This document shows positions 28,082 to 44,858 of a stretch of 64,000 bases of DNA, piece by piece. The stretch spans positions 19,220,001-19,284,000 of the forward strand of contig OZ024754.1 of assembly GCA_964016885.1 (NCBI GenBank), written 5' to 3'. The DNA comes from Eledone cirrhosa. Its lineage: Eukaryota. A model generated the notes under the pieces. It did not search any database. It saw nothing but the letters and a program-made list of their open reading frames with translations, and was not told the DNA's origin. The first letter of the stretch is position 1. Each line of letters starts with the position of its first letter. Made by a program: the position numbers and the translations under genes.

Positions 28082-29217
28082 TGAATGCGTGTGTGTTGTT
28101 GTTGTTGATGTGTGTTGTTGTTGATGTGTGTTGTTGTTGTCTCCGTGTGTGTGTGTGTGTTATCGTTGTTGTGTGTGTTGTTATTGTTGTTTGTGTTTGC
28201 GTGTCTGTTGTTGTATCTGGGTATGTTGCTATTGTTGTTGTTGTTGATGTGTGTGTTGTTGTTATTATTGTCTCCGTGTGTGTTGTTATTGTTGTTTGTG
28301 TCTGCGTGTCTGTTGTATCTGGGTATGTTGCTATTGTTGTTGTTGTATCTGGGTATGTTGCTATTGTTGTTGTTATTGTTGTTTGTGTCTGTGTGTCTGT
28401 TGTTGTTGGGATGTGTGTTGTATATGTGTGTGCGTATATTGTTGCTTTTGTTTTTGTTTTTGATGCTCCAGCGTAGTTTCGTAAATGATTTTTCTATTTC
28501 TGACAGACAACTAATCATATTTACCTTCTTGAATGTCGCAAATTTGGGTGGCAGACGTAACACAGACATTTCATTTTTATCTATTTCCGTGTTTCCATAG
28601 ATGTTGGTATTTTCATTGTTGAACTCTTCAGACAATGAGGTGTCGGCCATGTTGATACCGTCAATTTTGTTGGGATATCTATTGGTATACTCTATAGTAT
28701 CCCGATTTAGCTTTGCCTGTTTAAGCCACTTTAATTTTCTGTTAAAGTGCTTATTACATTCTTGAGTAATGTACTGTTCTTCGGGGCGTATAAGGCTTAT
28801 AAATGTTAGTTTTTCTGCTGGTGTGGTGATTTTAGATATTTCATCTATTAGGTTACGCTTTAGTTTTTCTTGATGACTTAATTCTCTATAGATCTTCTTT
28901 TTTATGTTTAGAATTAAAGTTCGTTTTAGCCTATCTGCTTGTTTTTTGGTGAGTTGTAATCTTCTAACGTCGGTATTGATGGTGTTGGTGTAGATTCTAG
29001 AAGTGGTGCACAGTTTTATGAAGTGTAGTTGTCGAGATGTTATGGTTTTTCGTAGACAACAGAACATGGTGGTTTTCAGTATCTTGTTAGCCTGGCTAAG
29101 GCTTACGATATTTCGTTTCTGAATTTGTTTAGCAAGATTCTTTATCTGAAATCGTGTGTTGAAACCGATATTGTTATACTTTGGGAGGGTCATGTTGCCA
29201 ATAAGAAACACACGCAC
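28060..29217 (-). CDS. PLE N-terminal region with Asn-rich low-complexity tract (N-terminal part of the split ORF; first ATG at 29193)
   Basis: Basic helical N-terminus and LRLPPKFA...EIEKSFTKLRW motif typical of PLE N-terminal domains; begins inside the pLTR. Confidence 0.8.
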   Translation of the reverse strand: MRVFLIGNMTLPKYNNIGFNTRFQIKNLAKQIQKRNIVSLSQANKILKTTMFCCLRKTITSRQLHFIKLCTTSRIYTNTINTDVRRLQLTKKQADRLKRTLILNIKKKIYRELSHQEKLKRNLIDEISKITTPAEKLTFISLIRPEEQYITQECNKHFNRKLKWLKQAKLNRDTIEYTNRYPNKIDGINMADTSLSEEFNNENTNIYGNTEIDKNEMSVLRLPPKFATFKKVNMISCLSEIEKSFTKLRWSIKNKNKSNNIRTHIYNTHPNNNRHTDTNNNNNNNSNIPRYNNNNSNIPRYNRHADTNNNNNTHGDNNNNNTHINNNNNSNIPRYNNRHANTNNNNNTHNNDNTHTHTETTTTHINNNTHQQQQHTRIQCLSPQS

Positions 29218-29326
29218 CAGTTGCTTTCACTTCAATTTAATTTATTAAATATTTATAAATTTACAAATTTATAAATTTCTGGTTGGTTGGTTGGTTCCAC
29301 AACCAGATAGTTGTTTATATATATAT

Positions 29327-29371
29327 AGTCATAGTTCTTTCGTCACACACTCTGTGACCTCTTCAGTGACT
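29327..29371 (-). ncRNA. pLTR minimal hammerhead (copy 2)
   Basis: Same sequence as copy 1. Confidence 0.85.
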
Positions 29372-30482
29372 GGGGATTTCTTTCTTCGTTTCTGTGCCTT
29401 TCCTTTCTTCTATCCTACGCCATTTTGTTTGTGTGTGGGTTGCGTGCTCAGTTTGCGCATGCGCCACATCCGGGTGTCTGTGTGTGTTTGTGTTCATTTT
29501 TCTATTTTTCTATTTATATTTTTTATTTGTTTGTTTATTTATTTATTTATTGTTGGTTGGTTGTTTGTTCTATGTGTGTGTGTGTTTTCATTTTGTGTGT
29601 GTTTTCAATTGTAAGTTGTTTGTTCGATGTGTGTGTGTGTTTTCATTTTGTCCTTAATTGTAAGTTGTGATGTTGCTGTTCCACTCATATTTTCTATTTA
29701 ATTTTGGTTTTAATTCTTTTATGCTTACTGCCTCTGTAATTTGTCTAAACATTGCGTCTTTCTTGTGTGTGGATTCTATTTTTATTTCTATGCTCTCTAA
29801 TTTACCCCTGTGTTCTATCTTAGCATGTTGGTAGAGCACAGATGATTCTTTATTATCTTGGAGGTCTCGCCAGTGTTCATTTATTCGTTCCCCTATACTA
29901 CGAGCTGTCTCACCTATGTACACTACATTTTTGTTTCTACATTGTCCTTCAGTACATCTTATGCTATATACTACATTTCTAGTTTTACAGTTAATATGGG
30001 GGCTTATTTTACAGGTTATACATTTCTTATCTATACATGAGGGTCTTTGGAACGGGTATGTCTTGCTAATAAGTGTTTTTACGGAGGTACCAGGTCTTTC
30101 TACTATCTTAATATTGAGATTATGTTTCTTTAGGGCCCTTCTAAATTTGTAGGCTAGTTCGCCTCTAGGGGTTGTATTGATGAACATTACACTCTGGTAT
30201 TTATTGCTATCATACCATGAGTTTATTCTATTGGCCTTGTTCTTAGTTCTTTCTATTCTATTCCAAAATTTGCTCCTATACAAGGGGCAGGTCCCATTTA
30301 TGTCATTATTTACCATTTTTTCCCATTTGGTTCTGGCTCCTTTATACACTCTGATTCTATCTCTCTGATTGTAGCCAGAGAACTGCATACGGTGGATGAA
30401 GTGTTGTATGTGTCTCTCTAGTTCTTCGGGGTTGCACATGCGGGACACATTTCTCATCACCCGTACCAAATCCGCAATCAGT

Positions 30483-31763
30483 AAAACATATGCCCAAGAG
30501 GAAGGAGCAGCCATTGGTGTTAGCATTGCAGGCGACATAGCTAACTTATTCATGGTATGGTGGGACAGTAGACTTAAACAAATATTTAATGAACAATTAG
30601 AAGACAGCTTAATCCTGATAATGTACTCCCGCTACGTAGATGATATAAACATCGTAGTTAAGACACCCCCACTAAAGAACAGTCAGGAACTAGAGAAAAA
30701 CACAATGGAAAGCATCCAGCAAATAGCAAACTCCATCCACCAGAGCATTAGAGTTACTATAGACTACCCAAGTAGACACCCCAACCATCGATTACCTGTA
30801 CTAGACACAGAGCTCTGGTTAGATACTATTAACAACCAAAAACAAATCCTCCATTCCCATTATGCCAAACCCATGACTTCCAAACATCTGATCCACCGAA
30901 ACTCGGCCATTTCGGACCATACCAAAATCAACATACTGATTGCGGATTTGGTACGGGTGATGAGAAATGTGTCCCGCATGTGCAACCCCGAAGAACTAGA
31001 GAGACACATACAACACTTCATCCACCGTATGCAGTTCTCTGGCTACAATCAGAGAGATAGAATCAGAGTGTATAAAGGAGCCAGAACCAAATGGGAAAAA
31101 ATGGTAAATAATGACATAAATGGGACCTGCCCCTTGTATAGGAGCAAATTTTGGAATAGAATAGAAAGAACTAAGAACAAGGCCAATAGAATAAACTCAT
31201 GGTATGATAGCAATAAATACCAGAGTGTAATGTTCATCAATACAACCCCTAGAGGCGAACTAGCCTACAAATTTAGAAGGGCCCTAAAGAAACATAATCT
31301 CAATATTAAGATAGTAGAAAGACCTGGTACCTCCGTAAAAACACTTATTAGCAAGACATACCCGTTCCAAAGACCCTCATGTATAGATAAGAAATGTATA
31401 ACCTGTAAAATAAGCCCCCATATTAACTGTAAAACTAGAAATGTAGTATATAGCATAAGATGTACTGAAGGACAATGTAGAAACAAAAATGTAGTGTACA
31501 TAGGTGAGACAGCTCGTAGTATAGGGGAACGAATAAATGAACACTGGCGAGACCTCCAAGATAATAAAGAATCATCTGTGCTCTACCAACATGCTAAGAT
31601 AGAACACAGGGGTAAATTAGAGAGCATAGAAATAAAAATAGAATCCACACACAAGAAAGACGCAATGTTTAGGCAAATTACAGAGGCAGTAAGCATAAAA
31701 GAATTAAAACCAAAATTAAATAGAAAATATGAGTGGAACAGCAACATCACAACTTACAATTAA
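30483..31763 (+). pseudogene. 5'-truncated inverted copy of the PLE ORF
   Basis: From KTYAQEEG to the stop; near-identical to the main ORF (KQIF vs KQKL, SLIL vs SLTL). Confidence 0.92.
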
Positions 31764-32045
31764 GGACAAAATGAAAACACACACACACATCGAACAAACA
31801 ACTTACAATTGAAAACACACACAAAATGAAAACACACACACACATAGAACAAACAACCAACCAACAATAAATAAATAAATAAACAAACAAATAAAAAATA
31901 TAAATAGAAAAATAGAAAAATGAACACAAACACACACAGACACCCGGATGTGGCGCATGCGCAAACTGAGCACGCAACCCACACACAAACAAAATGGCGT
32001 AGGATAGAAGAAAGGAAAGGCACAGAAACGAAGAAAGAAATCCCC

Positions 32046-32090
32046 AGTCACTGAAGAGGTCACAGAGTGTGTGACGAAAGAACTATGACT
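32046..32090 (+). ncRNA. pLTR minimal hammerhead (copy 3, inverted)
   Basis: agtca ctgaaga ggtcacagagtgtgtgac gaaa gaac ta tgact read directly on plus. Confidence 0.85.
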
Positions 32091-32241
32091 ATATATATAT
32101 AAACAACTATCTGGTTGTGGAACAAACCAACCAACCAGAAATTTATAAATTTGTAAATTTATAAATATTTAATAAATTAAATTGAAGTGAAAGCAACTGG
32201 TGCGTGTGTTTCTTATTGGCAACATGACCCTCCCAAAGTAT

Positions 32242-32295
<54 letters not shown>

Positions 32296-32296
<1 letters not shown>

Positions 32297-32539
32297 AAAG
32301 AATAGAGGTGTAACATACAAGTTGTGATATATTGGTAAAAGGAAAAGAAAATGCTGAAAACATCACGGGCGCTCTATCTCAAACTTATTTTTGAAAAGCA
32401 TTAGAAATGCGCAACCGGTAAAAACTTAAAACTAAAACTGAATACTAACCAATACTTATTACTAATTTTTGCTTATTCCTAAATAAACTATTTTTCACTG
32501 GGAACAATTTGTCAGCATTTTCTTTTCCTTTTACCAATA

Positions 32540-32543
<4 letters not shown>
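32296..32543. repeat. Dispersed repeat with internal inversion (also 1-92 and 47385-47500)
   Basis: Shared aaactatttttcactggga..aatttgtcagcattttctt. Confidence 0.8.
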
Positions 32544-32605
<62 letters not shown>

Positions 32606-32610
<5 letters not shown>

Positions 32611-33359
32611 TAAGTTATTCTGGGTTGAATCAGAGGTAACCACAGTAAATAGGGTACTCAATACATAGCAGAGTATAACAGTTTTAATATAGAAGAGCTT
32701 CTACAGGACTAGAACTGTTTCATTCGCGAGAAATCATCAGGAAGCTGGCTGTCCAGGTAAATGGTAGTATTTATATCTTTCCTTATCTGGTGGTAGGAGA
32801 GGGTGGAGATTGGGATGGGTGTAGGTCATTGGTTGAAGGATTTAAAGAAAGGGGATTCATTAATAGCTAATTCTTTAAAGCTATAATATTAACAAAGGCA
32901 GAAAGAATACTGTAAACAAGTTCAAAATTGCAATACCAATCCTTGTTTATCACTTAAAGTAAGGCAGGTGTCTACAGGTTGGATGGGGTTCAATGGTTTA
33001 AAGAAAAGGGAAATTCTTTAGAAGCTAATTCTTTAAGGCTAAAATGAGACTGACAAAGGCAGAAATGATTCCATCAACAGATTCAAGTGTTGGGGTGAAC
33101 GCCCTATAGTGAAGTTTCTGGTAATACATATTACAGGTGTCGACAAGCACATTCACACACGCACCTACTTACACACGTACACATACTTACACGCACACAA
33201 ACACACAACAAACATACATAATGCTACATACACACATACATACGCACAAATACATACGTACACATATACACATATATGTGTGTCCATACATACGCATACA
33301 TATACATATATATATATATACATACACATATACATACATATATATATACATATATATAT

Positions 33360-33414
<55 letters not shown>

Positions 33415-33500
33415 CACATACATATACAGATATATACACATACATACACACATACACACATACACACATACACACACATATATACATATATATATACATA
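32606..33500 (-). mobile_element. Non-coding HHR element (inverted partner about 39050-39805; diverged copy 54080-54655)
   Basis: HHR 32696-32746: AGCUUC CUGAUGA uUUC-UCGC-GAAu GAAA CAG-UUCUAGUC-CUG UA GAAGCU; partner HHR 39748-39798(+). Confidence 0.82.
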
Positions 33501-33752
33501 CATATGCACACATATATACACATATACACATATATATATACATATACACGCACGCACACACACGCTCTCATGCATACACACGCACACACACATATATACG
33601 TATATGTATATATATATATATATATTCATACGTACACCTATACACACATATATATACACACGTACACACACATATATATAAACAAATATACAAACACATA
33701 CATATTCATATATATACACACATATACACATATACACATATATACATATATT

Positions 33753-34299
<547 letters not shown>

Positions 34300-34362
34300 T
34301 TAAGCGTCAGTCATACAAAAGTGAGTTAGAAGCGAAACGAAATTTAATTTCGTTTCGTTATT

Positions 34363-34448
<86 letters not shown>

Positions 34449-34454
<6 letters not shown>

Positions 34455-36470
34455 TACACAATAATCAAAGCTATTTTCAAATCATTTTATTGCTGACAAT
34501 CGTTTCTTACAAACTATCGTTTGGAATCATCGGAGCAGTAGCAATGTTTGTACATATAATTAACCTCCTATTCAACTGAACAATCATATATATACATGGA
34601 TATTAATGTCAGCAACTGTTGCTAATATATAACAATGCTAATATATAACAATGTCAGATCTGAATTCCTCACCACCATTAACACCTCACCTCTAGGTATT
34701 ATCGGCATATCACTCTTTGATCAGCTCATCACTCTACTTAACTCCTTTTTCTCTAACTTTATACTATACAATAACTATTTAGAATAAACACAAAGCTAAC
34801 ACCATTTAATATAACCACTATAGCTTGCTTATATTATATTCAGTAATGGATAGATAATAATATGATGAGACACTTAATGTAGTATAGAAAAATAAATTAT
34901 ATTTGTAATTAAATATATAAATTAATAGCATTATATATATGGGATTCACTTATAACATAATATAATGTATAGCACAAGAGATTTAACTAATTAGACCTGT
35001 AAACAACTATACATTTTTCCTGTAACTTTCTTATACTTTATTAAGTAATGAATAGATAACAATATAATGAGACCTTCAATGTATTATAGGAAAATAGATT
35101 CTATTCAAAATTAAATATAAATTAAATATAAATTAAATATAAACAAATAACATTATATAAAAGTGATTCACTTATAATATAATGTATATCAGCACAAAGA
35201 TTTTAACAGATTGGAGCTGTAAACAACTACACATTTTTCTAATTTCTATCATACACAATGTAATCGCTAGTTACCTCCCCTTTCGTATTAGCTCCCCTTA
35301 ATATAGATCAAACTCACTTCCGGAAATTAAACCGCTAGTGAAATCACTCCACAGAAACTTGAAACCCTGATAGCAATATAATAGGACCAGTGTACAATCC
35401 ATGGCTGTGACTGATTAAAAACATTCACTAAAATAAAACATAGCCAATGTAATGGAAAAGATAGCAATAACATTGTAGCGACTAGCGCCACCTTGGCCAG
35501 GGAGAAAAATCTAATTGGAGTTACTTCCCCGTGGCCAGTATATAAGGGATTGTTCTGACATCACTCGACCTCTCTTGCTCACTCATTCTCTTTCTGGCGG
35601 CTTTTTCTGAAAGTGATCACATCAAGCGCAAGCATGCTAACCTTTCTCCAACCACATCTCATGGTTCAGGATTATACCTCGTTATGCCACGAGGATATTT
35701 GTTTACCACGTTTGTAACATGGACTACAATAAATGCAAGTTATTTTTGATACTCATTTTGAGAAACTTGTTACGCTTTCATTCATTACTTCTTGTAGTGA
35801 GAGATCATTCTCACACGGCATGATATTGTATGAAAATTCTCCTATCACATATTTATATTAAATTTAGTAGTTGGGATCCAGTGGTACTTACTCTCAGCAC
35901 ATATACATTTGAACATTACAGAAACAACAGTCACACTACATCCACCATAAACACATAGTTTTTAATACAAAAACAGCTTTGCCTGATATGATTATTTTAT
36001 GTGATACCTTTGCCTTGCAAAAAATTATATATGCCTAATACTCTTGCTTGTTTCCTTCCTGTATATGACTAATGCATTTGCACTCTCTTTACGCTTGCAT
36101 ATGTACTGCTAGTGTCCTCGATTTACGAGAAACTTTCTACCTTAATGCCTCTTTAATTGTTATACTATTCGCTTATAATCTCTGTCGCTTACATTCCACT
36201 CTGTACCTTTTTAATTTTTAATTTTTAATTTTTAATTTTAATTATTGTATAATTCTCTTGTAATCTATGTCGCATCCATTCCACCCTGTAAATACGAAAC
36301 TGTTGTTGACATTAATATCCATGTATCTATATGATTGTTCAGTTGAATAGGAGATTAATTATATGTACAGACATTGCTACTGCTCCGATGATACCAAACG
36401 ATAGTTTGGAAGAAACGATTGTCAGCAATAAAATGATTTAAACATAGCTTTGATTATTGTGTAATTTATA
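34449..36470. mobile_element. Region bounded by about 170-bp inverted repeats, each with a CCGAUGA-core HHR
   Basis: HHRs 34491-34537(-) and 36381-36427(+); related copy 40241-40286(-). Confidence 0.78.
35259..35774 (+). mobile_element. Possible solo LTR / promoter-like segment
   Basis: TGTAA...TTACG ends, CCAAT about 35444, TATATAA about 35539, Inr-like TCACTC about 35561, AATAAA about 35728; no TSD seen. Confidence 0.3.
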
Positions 36471-36700
36471 TTCCGGCTCTGTAAAACATCTCATGTATTT
36501 ATATTGAGTTATTTTTTCTTATTGATAATAAGGTAGTAATAAATTACTGACCTTTCCTGTTTATAGTTGTATATAGTGAATACATAACTATAAATAATAT
36601 TATATATATATTATATATATATATATATACATAGCGTGAAATCAACGACCATATCAATTGTGCTGCATCTCTATTTTATGTTCCCTGTTCATATAATAAG

Positions 36701-36767
<67 letters not shown>

Positions 36768-36769
<2 letters not shown>

Positions 36770-38922
36770 AACAATTAAGTTAAAAATGTACATCCACATA
36801 TGTATACTGAAATACTAGTATGCATATGAATACACACACGTATACATATGTAGATGTACCGAGTTTTTCACTGGTCACTTTACTGTGAGTGTCCAGCTAT
36901 TCTGTATGTAAACACACAGACAAACCGGTTTTTAGAGTCATACTGGTTTTTGAGGAAACACCTTTCCTCTATTCTCCAGAAAGCCAGGCAAGGAATATTG
37001 AATTAGTTTCGATGTTGTTACATCTCATCAGCAATATTTACCTATCTTCCGGCCTCTCTAGAGAATCGTAAAAGCACATATCGTTATATGCTTTTTCTAT
37101 GAAAATTAGTAGTGGGCAGACTAATTTGCATAGAGCGTGAGTACGTACCGGTTCAACGGAGACGATAAAAACAAATAACGAAACGAAATTAAATTTCGTT
37201 TCATTTGTAACTCACTTTTGTATGACTGACGCTTAAACAATTAAGTTAAAAATGTACATCCACATATGTATACTGAAATACTAGTATGCATATGAATACA
37301 CACACGTATACATATGTAGATGTACCGAGTTTTTCACTGGTCACTTTACTGTGAGTGTCCAGCTATTCTGTATGTAAACACACAGACAAACCGGTTTTTA
37401 GAGTCATACTGGTTTTTGAGGAAACACCTTTCCTCTATTCTCCAGAAAGCCAGGCAAGGAATATTGAACTAGTTTCGATGTTGTTACATCTCATCAGCAA
37501 TATTTACCTATCTTCCGGCCTCTCTAGAGAATCGTAAAAGCACATATCGTTATATGCTTTTTCTATGAAAATTAGTAGTGGGCAGACTAATTTGCATAGA
37601 GCGTGAGTACGTACCGGTTCAACGGAGACGATAAAAACAAATAACGAAACGAAATTAAATTTCGTTTCATTTGTAACTCACTTTTGTATGACTGACGCTT
37701 AAACAATTAAGTTAAAAATGTACATCCACATATGTATACTGAAATACTAGTATGCATATGAATACACACACGTATACATATGTAGATGTACCGAGTTTTT
37801 CACTGGTCACTTTACTGTGAGTGTCCAGCTATTCTGTATGTAAACACACAGACAAACCGGTTTTTAGAGTCATACTGGTTTTTGAGGAAACACCTTTCCT
37901 CTATTCTCCAGAAAGCCAGGCAAGGAATATTGAACTAGTTTCGATGTTGTTACATCTCATCAGCAATATTTACCTATCTTCCGGCCTCTCTAGAGAATCG
38001 TAAAAGCACATATCGTTATATGCTTTTTCTATGAAAATTAGTAGTGGGCAGACTAATTTGCATAGAGCGTGAGTACGTACCGGTTCAACGGAGACGATAA
38101 AAACAAATAACGAAACGAAATTAAATTTCGTTTCATTTGTAACTCACTTTTGTATGACTGACGCTTAAACAATTAAGTTAAAAATGTACATCCACATATG
38201 TATACTGAAATACTAGTATGCATATGAATACACACACGTATACATATGTAGATGTACCGAGTTTTTCACTGGTCACTTTACTGTGAGTGTCCAGCTATTC
38301 TGTATGTAAACACACAGACAAACCGGTTTTTAGAGTCATACTGGTTTTTGAGGAAACACCTTTCCTCTATTCTCCAGAAAGCCAGGCAAGGAATATTGAA
38401 CTAGTTTCGATGTTGTTACATCTCATCAGCAATATTTACCTATCTTCCGGCCTCTCTAGAGAATCGTAAAAGCACATATCGTTATATGCTTTTTCTATGA
38501 AAATTAGTAGTGGGCAGACTAATTTGCATAGAGCGTGAGTACGTACCGGTTCAACGGAGACGATAAAAACAAATAACGAAACGAAATTAAATTTCGTTTC
38601 ATTTGTAACTCACTTTTGTATGACTGACGCTTAAACAATTAAGTTAAAAATGTACATCCACATATGTATACTGAAATACTAGTATGCATATGAATACACA
38701 CACGTATACATATGTAGATGTACCGAGTTTTTCACTGGTCACTTTACTGTGAGTGTCCAGCTATTCTGTATGTAAACACACAGACAAACCGGTTTTTAGA
38801 GTCATACTGGTTTTTGAGGAAACACCTTTCCTCTATTCTCCAGAAAGCCAGGCAAGGAATATTGAACTAGTTTCGATGTTGTTACATCTCATCAGCAATA
38901 TTTACCTATCTTCCGGCCTCTA
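36768..38922 (-). repeat. Tandem array, 466-bp unit x about 4.6, one hammerhead per unit (retrozyme-like)
   Basis: Unit starts 36768, 37234, 37700, 38166, 38632; HHR AAUAUUG CUGAUGA GAUGU-AACA-ACAUC GAAA CUAG UU CAAUAUU at 36994-37038, 37460-37504, 37926-37970, 38392-38436, 38858-38902. Confidence 0.93.
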
Positions 38923-39799
38923 TACATACACATATATACATACACATACATACATACTCACACATACACATATACACACATACATACATACTCACACATA
39001 CACATATACACACATACATACATATATATATATACACATATATGTATATGTGTGTATATGTGTGTAAATCTGTGTGTATATGTACGTATATATATGTATA
39101 TATGTGTGTGTATGTGTGTATGTGTGCATGTATGTGTATATATCTGTATATGTATGTGTATATATATATATATATATGTGTGTATATATATATGTGTGTG
39201 TATATGCGAATATATGTACACACATATATGTGTATGTATGTATGTATTTGTATGTACGTATGTGTGTATGTACCATTATGTATGTTTGTTGTGTGTGTGC
39301 CTGCCTGTTTGTGCGTGCGTGTAAGTGGGTGCGTGTGTGAATGTGCTTGTCGACACCTGGAATATATATTAAGAGAAACTTCACTATAGGGGGGGGGGGT
39401 TCACCCCAACACTTGAATCTGTTGATGGAACCATTTCTGCCTTTGTCACTCTCATTTTAGCCTTAAAGAATTAGCTTCTAAAGAATTTCCCTTTTCTTTA
39501 AACCATTGAACCCCATCCAACCTGTAGACACCTGCCTTACTTTAAGTTTGGTACAAGGATTGGTATTCCAATTTTGAACTTGTTTACAGTATTCTTTCTG
39601 CCTTTGTTAATATTATAGCTTTAAAGAATTAGCTATTAATGAATCCCCTTTCTTTAAATTCTTCAACCAATGACCTACATCCATCCCAAACCCTCTCCTA
39701 CCACCAGATAAGGAAAGACATAAATACTAACATTTACTTGGACAGCCAGCTTCCTGATGATTTCTCACGAATGAAACAGTTCTAGTCCTGTTGAAACTC

Positions 39800-39856
<57 letters not shown>

Positions 39857-39909
39857 TATATATTAATTCAAAATATTAACAAAAATAGACATTCGTATGA
39901 TCAAGTATA

Positions 39910-39972
39910 TTTTATTATACATATTTCAGAGGTACTGAGCTATCTTCAACAGTACGTCCTCATCAGATAAAA
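39910..39972 (-). ncRNA. Hammerhead ribozyme
   Basis: UUUUAU CUGAUGA GGAc GUACUG...CAGUAC cUCU GAAA UAUGUA UA AUAAAA. Confidence 0.75.
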
Positions 39973-40060
39973 TAAGATAATGCATGACACACCCTGACTT
40001 AGTAGATGGTTAAGATTCAGTCTACTCATTGAACCTTGTTTAACCTTCAAATATATATAA

Positions 40061-40138
<78 letters not shown>

Positions 40139-40596
40139 AGTATATATAGTAATAATAATAATAGTGATAATTATCAAATGTATTACAGAGCCGAGAAAAA
40201 AAATATTAAAACAATCAAATCTTAGTTTAATACATTTAATTGCTGACAATTGTTTCTTCCAGACGGATGTCTGATTCATCGGAGCATAGAGAATGTTTAA
40301 ACAGGTAATTAAAATCCTAGCCTTCAGAACATTTACATAGATACATAACTATTGCCAGAGTCATTGACATCATATAGAACATCAGGAGTTGCAATAGGAT
40401 GTTATGCTACAGCAATGGTGAAGGTGAAAAATTGAGCATATTATATAAAAATATATTGTTTAAGGTAATACATCTTCAAAAGATACGATCAAAAAAAGAT
40501 GTAAGATAAGATAGATAAATAATATATAACAGCCCAATTAATAAAGGACTCTAACATCTTCAACTTCGCATTTTCATCTGTATTATATATATATAA

Positions 40597-40787
40597 GGGG
40601 GTGGATTGGCAGTATCGGTAGTGTGTCGGACGCCATTCTTTGCAGCACAGTTACGTCCCTTTACGGACTGAGTTCAAATCCAGCCGAGGTTAATTTTGCC
40701 TTTCATCCTTACGGGGTCGATAAAATAAAGTACCAGTAATATACTGGGATAATTGCTGGCCTTGTGCCAAAAAGTAGAAACAATTAC
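40597..40787 (+). mobile_element. tRNA-derived Meta-type SINE
   Basis: A/B boxes and the same core as 11525-11712. Confidence 0.88.
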
Positions 40788-40829
40788 ATATATATATATA
40801 TATACACACACACACAGACACACACACAT

Positions 40830-44590
<3,761 letters not shown>

Positions 44591-44618
44591 ATATATATAT
44601 ATATATATAATACTATAT

Positions 44619-44668
<50 letters not shown>

Positions 44669-44858
44669 GAGGTTATATTTAATTTGTTGGGATTCAACAA
44701 GGTTAAACATTTTTATAACTGATATAAAGCACTCAACAGTTTAGTGGAGTAAATACACAATATATTAATAAATGGAAACTATTTTTATAAAATAAATTGA
44801 TATTGATGAAATAAATATGGTTTTATAAATATAGTTTCCATTTATTAATATATATATA

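Larger units (their letters stand above)
24841..32248 (-). mobile_element. Near-intact Penelope-like element: full unit, partial upstream tandem copy and inverted partial copy, three pLTRs
   Basis: Direct repeat with 4269-bp offset (24841-26213 vs 29110-30482); inverted copy 30481-32248; copies nearly identical; both ends abut (TA)n. Confidence 0.96.

Noticed and set aside
27770-28465. Intron explaining the PLE frameshift
   Set aside because: No GT donor in the upstream C/A-rich tract, and a 2-nt microsatellite change is sufficient.
25385-29217. Selenoprotein-type (Naiad) PLE
   Set aside because: The endonuclease is C-terminal and no in-frame UGA interrupts the RT-EN ORF.
36768-38922. CRISPR array interpretation
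   Set aside because: The units are identical with no unique spacers, and the context is eukaryotic.
36889-39067. Repeated 60-aa ORF in the 466-bp array
   Set aside because: GTG start, antisense to the ribozyme, no recognisable motif, and not evidently conserved in the related 442-bp family.
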